Source: Clostridia bacterium
GTDB lineage: Bacteria > Bacillota > Clostridia > HGM11327
Reading direction: 5' to 3'
NCBI GenBank assembly: GCA_045627045.1
Contig: JAZQMY010000005.1
Location: 26,531-90,530 of the forward strand
Length of the DNA: 64,000 bases
Shown piece by piece: positions 55,678-62,344 of the stretch. Both the position numbers and the translations under genes were made by a program. The notes under the pieces are model-generated. The model was not told the DNA's origin. It did no database searches and was given only the letters and a program-made list of their open reading frames with translations. The first letter of the stretch is position 1. Every line of letters begins with the position of its first letter.

Positions 55678-55779
55678 TTAAGAGCAGACACACATATTTA
55701 AATTAATGGTACAGCCACATAATGGAACAATATTGAGATCAAATTGCGGATTCTCTGCTACGGGCAATAAATTACTCAT
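55678..55779 (-). CDS. Candidate RiPP precursor peptide A (33 aa, not in ORF track)
   Basis: ATG 9 nt after GGAGG in AAGGAAGGAGG. Translation: MSNLLPVAENPQFDLNIVPLCGCTINLNMCVCS. Confidence 0.7.
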   Translation of the reverse strand: MSNLLPVAENPQFDLNIVPLCGCTINLNMCVCS

Positions 55780-55982
55780 TTGTATAATCCTCCTTCCTTT
55801 TGAATAATATGTTCATAGACTCTGCGTTCGTCCTTATAACGAAAAACGGTGGCAAAAGTATTACAAACCCAAAATTAGTTTGGTTTGAGAACTATTGGAT
55901 ATCAAACAACAACTCAATATACTCGGGGGAATTATGTCCTAATAATCCGACGCGCATATACCAACCTCCATCTGATTCTAAT

Positions 55983-56018
55983 AAAAAAGCACAAACCATC
56001 CCTTAGAATAGTCTGTGC
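55983..56018 (-). terminator. Rho-independent terminator (minus strand) upstream of the precursor genes
   Basis: Minus strand GCACAGAC-14 nt-GTTTGTGC followed by TTTTTT. Confidence 0.6.
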
Positions 56019-56262
56019 ACTATATTTCAAATTCTCTTGGAGAATGTGAGTGTCTTGATTACTAAACAGACATATTCTTTGTTAATTTTATTATACTACA
56101 CTATTTATTATTTGTCAACTATTTAATCACAAAAAATATATATTTTTTATCATTATTTAAATAAAATTTTACACAATATTTCAAACATATTATAATCTTT
56201 TTAAAATTATTACATAATCATTCAGCTTTTCTGATTCTTGTGATTATTTTTTCAAAATACCC

Positions 56263-56470
56263 GATATTTTGGTCCACCTTATTCCATACATTATGGAGCC
56301 CCTCTATTGACGATAGCACGGGATAGAACCGTACACAACACGACTTGCGTGAAACATAGAAAAAATAATACAGGAAGCCGCAAACAGGGTTATCTTTTGC
56401 CACCCCGTATTCCATACATTATGGAGGGCACTCTTGACAACAGCACCTGATATCACCGTACACATCACTG
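56263..56470. repeat. Two direct repeats with a period of about 126 bp, each containing a TCCATA-cat-TATGGA palindrome (a degenerate third copy lies near 56587-56650)
   Basis: CCACC..TATTCCATACATTATGGAG..C(T)TTGAC..ACCGTACACA occurs at 56274-56337 and 56400-56464. A weaker match GACCACCCTTTGTGCATTAATTATAGAGGG...CCTTGACAAC starts at 56589. Confidence 0.75.
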
Positions 56471-56957
56471 GATTTTCATAAAATTTCAAAAAAGCAAGCT
56501 AAATATGGCAATTTAGGTTATCTTCCGGCACTGAATTGTAAATTTATTATGAATATTTCAGAAAATGTCCAAAAACACCCTAATATTTGACCACCCTTTG
56601 TGCATTAATTATAGAGGGTATTTTTTCTTTCACTGTTCCTTGACAACTGAATAAACGACCTTTGCAGGTGATACGACATTGCCATGACTCCGAACGGACG
56701 GATGAGCGATGCAACGCCGGAGAAACACTCGGGCAGGAACTGCTGCGAATGAGGCGCCGTACATGCTCTGTTTTTCAGAGTAAATTAAAAATAAGCGGTT
56801 CAGAGCCGCAGGAGAATACAAAATGCGTATCAAAAATTATTCACGAATAAAGAAGAAAGGAGGAGAAAAACATGGAGACGGGTTTTCTGATGATTTCCGG
56901 AGCAGTTTTCAAGGATGAAAAGTATTCCGGAATATCACTCTACGCCTTTTGAGTATG

Positions 56958-57020
56958 ATTACGGACGCGGTGCGTCCGTAATGTAGCAAGCATCGCATTT
57001 GGGTGCACACACCCCAATGC
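56958..57020 (+). other. Two adjacent strong hairpins, candidate oriT or regulatory region upstream of the MobC-like genes
   Basis: ATTACGGACGC-ggt-GCGTCCGTAAT (perfect 11 bp) and GCATTTGGGTG-caca-CACCCCAATGC (10 of 11). Confidence 0.4.
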
Positions 57021-57074
57021 AGTTGTCAGGGGAAGCCCTGAAACCCTGAGAAACAGACAAAGGAGAACAAGAAT

Positions 57075-57431
57075 ATGGAGAAAAAGACTGAAAGAATTAA
57101 ATTCTGGCTTACTGACAAGGAACTGAAAAAACTTGACCGTCAGGCAAAGAAAGCAAAAATGACTCGTTCGGAATATATCCGCAAAAAAATCAATGAAAGC
57201 ACAGTAATCATCTCACCGGAGATTGATTACGAAAGCTATTACAAAGAGTTCCACCGACTCGGAGATGAATTGAACGGTTACGTTGTCAAACTGAACACGA
57301 CCGGAGTCTTCAATGAAAAAAAGACGGATCGTATTATTACAGAGCTTAACGAGCTGATGAAAAAATTTGACACCGAAGCAACCGAAAAGCTGAATGAAAA
57401 CATTAAAAAAGCTAATGGAGAGCCGGTATGA
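57075..57431 (+). CDS. MobC-like ribbon-helix-helix protein
   Basis: 118 aa. ..FWLTDKELKKLDRQAKKAKMTRSEYIRKKI.. is the typical MobC/RHH N-terminus. Confidence 0.65.
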   Translation: MEKKTERIKFWLTDKELKKLDRQAKKAKMTRSEYIRKKINESTVIISPEIDYESYYKEFHRLGDELNGYVVKLNTTGVFNEKKTDRIITELNELMKKFDTEATEKLNENIKKANGEPV

Positions 57432-57787
57432 GAAACAGTAAGCATTATATTCAGGCAAGAGTATCGCCAAGTGAGAAAGACCACTTCTTACGAGTGACGG
57501 AACTTTGTAATATGACAGAACACACAGTTCTTGACCATTATCTGGAAGGATATCCGCTCGCAGAGCACCCACCGGAAGAATTTTGGGAGCTCGACAGATT
57601 GCTTTTGAGAATCACATTGCTGCTAAGCCATGTATGGCTTAGCAAAAATATGCGTTTGGAAAAGCAACAGAACAAATATTACACTGCACAGAAACAACTG
57701 AACAAACTCTGCAATAATGCTTTTTGGAAAATAAAACTCGCTGATCCAGATTATGGAAACGACAGCAACGATAAAAGAAAGGGCTAA
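57428..57787 (+). CDS. Hypothetical protein, second MobC/RHH-like
   Basis: 119 aa. ..ARVSPSEKDHFLRVTELCNMTEHTVLDHYL.. resembles RHH relaxosome accessory proteins. ATGA overlap with the previous gene. Confidence 0.5.
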   Translation: MRNSKHYIQARVSPSEKDHFLRVTELCNMTEHTVLDHYLEGYPLAEHPPEEFWELDRLLLRITLLLSHVWLSKNMRLEKQQNKYYTAQKQLNKLCNNAFWKIKLADPDYGNDSNDKRKG

Positions 57788-57796
57788 ACACACAAT

Positions 57797-58027
57797 ATGA
57801 AAAGAAATAGATGGATATGCGGATTGCTCACAGGAAAACAGGAATATTTGATAAACGGCGTAAAGTATATTGTATCAGCCGAATTTGAAAAACGGGATTC
57901 AAGTAATACAATACGCTCCCGTTTTGAGCATGCAATAAAAAGTGAAATGATAGATTTGACAATACGGCCGTCTGATGATATAATAAGAAAGGAATATATG
58001 TATTCGGCTGCCGGAAAGGAGGATTAA
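57797..58027 (+). CDS. Small transposon-associated protein (TnpW-like, tentative)
   Basis: 76 aa, immediately preceding (stop/start adjacent) the serine recombinase, as small ORFs do in Tn4451-type elements. Confidence 0.45.
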   Translation: MKRNRWICGLLTGKQEYLINGVKYIVSAEFEKRDSSNTIRSRFEHAIKSEMIDLTIRPSDDIIRKEYMYSAAGKED

Positions 58028-59743
58028 ATGCAGTCGAAAAACAAAAAAGTAAAAAGCGAAGAAACAGGAATCACAGCACTGTATAGCCGTCTTTCACGGG
58101 ACGACGGATCAGACAGTGAAAGCAATTCTATTGCCAATCAGAAAAAACTGCTTTCTCAAAAGGCAAAGGAGCTGGGGCTGACCAATACAAAGCATTATGT
58201 TGATGACGGTTACACGGGGACAAACTTCAATCGCCCGGCATTTCAGCAGATGACAGAGGATATTGAGATGGGATATGTTACAACTGTTATGGTGAAGGAT
58301 TTATCCCGTCTGGGCAGAGATTATGTTTCAGTAGGAAATTATACTGACAGATATTTTCCGGAGCACAACGTCCGTTTTATCGCCGTTAACGACGGCATAG
58401 ACAGCGACGAGGGCGAAAGTGAAATCGCACCGTTCAAGAATATTCTGAACGAAATGTACGCAAGGGATATTTCAAAAAAGATAAGAAGCTCGCACCGTCT
58501 GCGTGGCAATGCCGGTGAACCGCTTTCACAACCGCCTTACGGATATATGAAATCACCCGAAAACAAGAAAAAGTGGATTGTAGATTATGAAGCAGCAGAA
58601 ATCGTAAAGCGTATATTCAGGATGTGCATTGAAGGCAACGGAAACGAAACAATTGCTCACTCACTGCAGAACGAAAAAATTCTGAATCCGATGGCATACT
58701 GGCGAAGCAAAGGTCTCAACAGAGGCGGCAAAAGGACACAGCCGGATCCTTATCATTGGTGTAAAACCACAGTACAAAAAATACTTGCACAGCAGGAATA
58801 CTGCGGCGACATAATCAACTTCAAAACATATTCGAAGAATTTCAAAAACAAAAACCGTCTTGAAAACCCGAAGGAGAACTGGGTGATTTTCAAAGATGTT
58901 CATGAACCGATTATCGACAGGGAGACCTTCGAACAAGTACAACAACTTACCGCAGAAACAAAACGCCGTGCACCGAAACCTGATAATTCACAAAAGAGTA
59001 TATTAAGCGGTTTGATTTATTGCGGAGACTGCCACAATATAATGCGATATCATACGAATACGTCAAACAAAGATATCCATTTTTTCTCGTGTAGCAACAA
59101 TATAGTGGACTATCGAGGTACCTGCCGCAGCCGTCATTATGTCCGTGCTGATTCAGTAGAGCAGGTTATCACGCTTGAACTCAGACGTATGGCTTCTTTC
59201 CTGAAAGCCGACGAAGATGCCTTTGCAGAGCTTCTTGCGCAAAAAACCAACGAATCAATTGCAAAAGAACAGAATCAGGCAAATGATGAGCTGCAGAAAG
59301 CACTTGTACGGAGTGATACAGTTTCACAATTGTACGAAAAGCTCTATGAGGATAACGCTTCGGGAAAGGTATCTGATGAATGGTTTATGCAGCTGTCCCA
59401 TAAATATGAACTGGAACGAATGGAACTTAAGGCAAAGATAACCGAATTACGAAAAAAGCTTTCTGAAATCGGGAGTCGCCAGCAGGAGCGGAACAATTTT
59501 ACCTACGCCATTCGCAAGTTTATGGAGATGGACAAGCTGACTGCACCGCTTCTTCGTGAGCTCATTGATCATATTGATGTTTACGAAACAGAAGGTACTG
59601 GCAAAAACAGAACACAACGGATAGTAATCTATTACCGCTTTGTGGGCTATATTGAATTGCCTGAAAACTTTTTCCGTACAAACTACAAGGCTGATACAAG
59701 GCGTGGTGTTGCAGTGGAGTATATCCCCACAAAGACAGCATAA
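58028..59743 (+). CDS. Large serine recombinase (TnpX/phage-integrase-like)
   Basis: 571 aa. Resolvase catalytic motif ALYSRLSRDD. Recombinase domain. Zinc ribbon CGDCHN...FFSCSN. C-terminal coiled coil. Confidence 0.92.
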   Translation: MQSKNKKVKSEETGITALYSRLSRDDGSDSESNSIANQKKLLSQKAKELGLTNTKHYVDDGYTGTNFNRPAFQQMTEDIEMGYVTTVMVKDLSRLGRDYVSVGNYTDRYFPEHNVRFIAVNDGIDSDEGESEIAPFKNILNEMYARDISKKIRSSHRLRGNAGEPLSQPPYGYMKSPENKKKWIVDYEAAEIVKRIFRMCIEGNGNETIAHSLQNEKILNPMAYWRSKGLNRGGKRTQPDPYHWCKTTVQKILAQQEYCGDIINFKTYSKNFKNKNRLENPKENWVIFKDVHEPIIDRETFEQVQQLTAETKRRAPKPDNSQKSILSGLIYCGDCHNIMRYHTNTSNKDIHFFSCSNNIVDYRGTCRSRHYVRADSVEQVITLELRRMASFLKADEDAFAELLAQKTNESIAKEQNQANDELQKALVRSDTVSQLYEKLYEDNASGKVSDEWFMQLSHKYELERMELKAKITELRKKLSEIGSRQQERNNFTYAIRKFMEMDKLTAPLLRELIDHIDVYETEGTGKNRTQRIVIYYRFVGYIELPENFFRTNYKADTRRGVAVEYIPTKTA

Positions 59744-59799
59744 AACAAACGAGCAGACAAAATGCCTGCTCATACATTAATAAAATTAACATCAAAAAA

Positions 59800-59839
59800 A
59801 TCGAGTATCCATAGGTCAAGTCCCTTATGAATACTCGAT
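59800..59839 (-). terminator. Hairpin in the element's right end that acts as a replacement terminator for tRNA-Leu(GAG) copy 1
   Basis: Immediately after the tRNA CCA, the minus strand reads ATCGAGTAT-22 nt-ATACTCGAT followed by TTTTTTT. Confidence 0.6.
59816..59837 (-). repeat. Right terminal inverted repeat of the element
   Basis: The reverse complement CGAGTATTCATAAGGGACTTGA matches 44572-44593 at 20 of 22 positions. Confidence 0.8.
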
Positions 59840-59840
59840 A

Positions 59841-59923
59841 TGGTGCAGTTGACGGGACTTGAACCCGTACCCTTTCGGACACGCCCCTCAAACGTGCGCG
59901 TATGCCAATTCCGCCACAACTGC
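59841..59923 (-). tRNA. tRNA-Leu (anticodon GAG), copy 1
   Basis: 83 nt. Acceptor GCAGTTG/CAACTGC, anticodon arm CACGT-TTGAGGG-GCGTG, variable arm, T arm ACGGG-TTCAAGT-CCCGT, encoded CCA. Confidence 0.92.
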
Positions 59924-59966
59924 ATTCATATTTACGTCGGCTGATGTCACATCAACTGACATGCGT

Positions 59967-59995
59967 ATTTTACATCTTTTTTTGAATTTTGTCAA
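59967..59995 (-). promoter_or_regulatory. Promoter of tRNA-Leu(GAG) copy 1
   Basis: Minus strand TTGACA, 17 nt, TAAAAT. Confidence 0.65.
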
Positions 59996-60281
59996 GTACT
60001 TTTTTAACAGGCAGGAGATAACCTGCTTGCATATTATTTTCGGAATAATGCAATAAAAACGCTGAAATGAGTATAAAAAGGACACAAAAAATAATAAAAA
60101 ATATTTTCCGAAATACGATTTTTGACTCATTTTTTATAGCTTGGAGGATGAAATGATGCCTTTTGTTGAGTAAAGAATTATGAAGAGCCGAAGTCTGATA
60201 TCAAAACTTCAGAAGACAGAGCAGGAAAGAGACTTTCGCATTGCAGGATATCAGGCAAGTCGGACAGATTCTGACAAAAAG

Positions 60282-60308
60282 AAAAGTGTCCGTGAAACTC
60301 ACGTACAC
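60282..60308 (-). terminator. Terminator of tRNA-Leu(GAG) copy 2 (intact arrangement)
   Basis: Minus strand GTGTACGTGA-gtt-TCACGGACAC followed by TTTT, 6 nt after the tRNA CCA. Confidence 0.8.
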
Positions 60309-60314
60309 TTGATC

Positions 60315-60397
60315 TGGTGCAGTTGACGGGACTTGAACCCGTACCCTTTCGGACACGCCCCTCAAACGTGCGCGTATGCCAATTCCGCCACAACTGC
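60315..60397 (-). tRNA. tRNA-Leu (anticodon GAG), copy 2
   Basis: Sequence identical to copy 1 over all 83 nt. Confidence 0.92.
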
Positions 60398-60439
60398 ATT
60401 ATTTGGTCGCCAATTGATTTCTCATTAACTGACTTGCTT

Positions 60440-60468
60440 ATTATACCTCGCTTTTAACATTTTGTCAA
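60440..60468 (-). promoter_or_regulatory. Promoter of tRNA-Leu(GAG) copy 2
   Basis: Minus strand TTGACA, 17 nt, TATAAT. Confidence 0.7.
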
Positions 60469-60572
60469 GTACTTTTTTCAAAAAATGATATAAAAAAGAG
60501 AAGGACTTATGAAATGGTATCACCCCGGATACTTATTATAAGTCCTTCCTGGAAAAGAGTATAAGTCTGATT

Positions 60573-62183
60573 TTAATCCTTCATATACGCTACCGTATAG
60601 TATCCGAATTCCTTCAGCTCAAGCCCGAGGTTTTCCAGCTGGTATGCAGTTGATTTGTTGGTGGACTTGAAAATGTATGCTGAATTGTTCCAACAGTCGG
60701 CTATTGTGTGGTAGCTAATCTCAAAAGTATAGTTCGAGAACGTATGAATGTTCATGAACGGAGACGGCCAGTTGTTATATACCACAGTGTCGGCGAAAAC
60801 ATCGTGAGGCGTTTTGTCAAACCAAAGAACCTCGGCAAAGCAGATCGAAAGATCAACGTATACGTTCTCAAATTCTTCTTCCTTGACAAAATTCACTGAA
60901 TCCTCCATGCCATACATGAATGCACCTGCAATTTTGTCCTTGTAGTCTCCGAAATAGTATTCGCCGAACGACGTCAGGGCAACAAGGTAAACAGTGATCA
61001 CTGCTATGTTTACGATTCTCCTGACCGATACAAACGAGCCCTTGAAAAAGGGAAGCAGCAATGTATCAAGTCCGAGTGCGATGAGCATGAGGAGATAGGG
61101 AATGGCTCCGTTTGCTCTGTTGATATTCAGACTCGTGACAAGAAGACATGAGAACAATGCAGCAATGAATGCAGGCAGGATCAAAAGCTCCGGAGAGAAC
61201 TTTTTTCTGCCGATGCAAACGATGGTGTTTACCAATAATCTTCCGAGGCCGATGAATATGAACGGAATGCTGAAATAATAGCACAGACCGAAATCTGAAA
61301 TCGTATTCCATGTCATGCCGTCGTCCTGTCCGATAAGAATCTTCCATACGGCTTTGAATGATTCTATGTCCTTGACTCTGCTGAGTGACAATTCGTTGTT
61401 TCTCATTGAAACAAGCTTCGGGATCGAAATGAAGTTTGTTTTTATTTCAGAAATGTATCCGAAGTTTACAAGCAGGAAAAGCATAAGCGGAAGGGCAAGC
61501 ACGAAGAGTATTGCAGCCGATGCAAAAACGTACTTCCATTTGACACTGACTTTTGCAATCAAAAGATAAACTGTCATCAGGAAGAGTGTGAGCGGCACCG
61601 TTATCCACATTGTTGAATATGCATAAAGGCTCAGACCGTAGAACATTGCCGAAAGCATAAAGTACTTGCTGTTTTTTATTCCCTTGACAAAGAAGAACAG
61701 ACCGAAAATGAGAAAACCGGGAGCGAGATTGCTTTCAAGCCCCCATCTGGAGAGCATTATCTGCCAGGGCGATACGGCAAAAATAAGAAGCCCGAGAAGA
61801 GCTGCTCTTTTGCCTGACATTTCTTTGATAAGAAAATATACCGAGATAAGTACGCCGAGAGAAACGATAAGCTGAGGTATGCGGAATACTGTAATTGATT
61901 CGCCGAAAAGCCGGAAGAGAGGTATTGCAAGATAAGTCTCAAGTGCGTTCATTCCGCTGCCCCAGGCAATGAAGTAGACAGGGTTGTGGTAGCCAAACGA
62001 ATCAACACCGAAGTTGAGAAGCGAATAGGCTTCGTAAGCTGCATATGCTTCGTCCTGATTGAAGCCGGCAGGCATTGATCCGAACTGATAAAGCCTGAAG
62101 CCGGCACCTATCAGAAAGATGAAAAGCACTGCGGCAGGATATCTGTACCTGAACAGAAAATCGGTTATTTTTTTAACTTTCAT
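60573..62183 (-). CDS. Glycosyltransferase family 39 (ArnT/PMT-like) membrane protein
   Basis: Polytopic. The N-terminal loop FNQDEAYAAYEAYSLL carries the DE motif typical of GT-C/GT39 enzymes. Start placed at ATG 62183 (GGAG, 6 nt). Confidence 0.75.
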   Translation of the reverse strand: MKVKKITDFLFRYRYPAAVLFIFLIGAGFRLYQFGSMPAGFNQDEAYAAYEAYSLLNFGVDSFGYHNPVYFIAWGSGMNALETYLAIPLFRLFGESITVFRIPQLIVSLGVLISVYFLIKEMSGKRAALLGLLIFAVSPWQIMLSRWGLESNLAPGFLIFGLFFFVKGIKNSKYFMLSAMFYGLSLYAYSTMWITVPLTLFLMTVYLLIAKVSVKWKYVFASAAILFVLALPLMLFLLVNFGYISEIKTNFISIPKLVSMRNNELSLSRVKDIESFKAVWKILIGQDDGMTWNTISDFGLCYYFSIPFIFIGLGRLLVNTIVCIGRKKFSPELLILPAFIAALFSCLLVTSLNINRANGAIPYLLMLIALGLDTLLLPFFKGSFVSVRRIVNIAVITVYLVALTSFGEYYFGDYKDKIAGAFMYGMEDSVNFVKEEEFENVYVDLSICFAEVLWFDKTPHDVFADTVVYNNWPSPFMNIHTFSNYTFEISYHTIADCWNNSAYIFKSTNKSTAYQLENLGLELKEFGYYTVAYMKD

Positions 62184-62344
62184 AATATACTCCATATATT
62201 AAAGATAATATCTAATTTATACATCTTTTTTTCGGATTTGTCAATAGCATTTGATCAGGGAGAAAATGAAAAAGAGAAAAATGTCCGATATTTCACCCAG
62301 AGTTCACACAGAAAGAATATAATTCAAAAGAAGGAGAAGACAAT

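Larger units (their letters stand above)
44571..59840. mobile_element. Integrated serine-recombinase element (about 15.3 kb, mobilisable-transposon/IME-like) carrying a RiPP-like gene cluster
   Basis: 22-nt imperfect terminal inverted repeats. Large serine recombinase at the right end. TGGT present at both junctions. Inserted between the tRNA-Leu(GAG) 3' end and its terminator. The interior is visibly AT-richer than the flanks. Confidence 0.8.

Noticed and set aside
56218-56489. Two minus-strand ORFs that share LHNVWN.
   Set aside because: The shared peptide is just the translation of the DNA direct repeat. There is no SD and the ORFs overlap each other.
60178-60399. A 73-aa ORF overlapping tRNA-Leu(GAG) copy 2, and ORFs 59562-60130 around copy 1.
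   Set aside because: They overlap tRNA genes, promoters and terminators, and no coding signal is evident.
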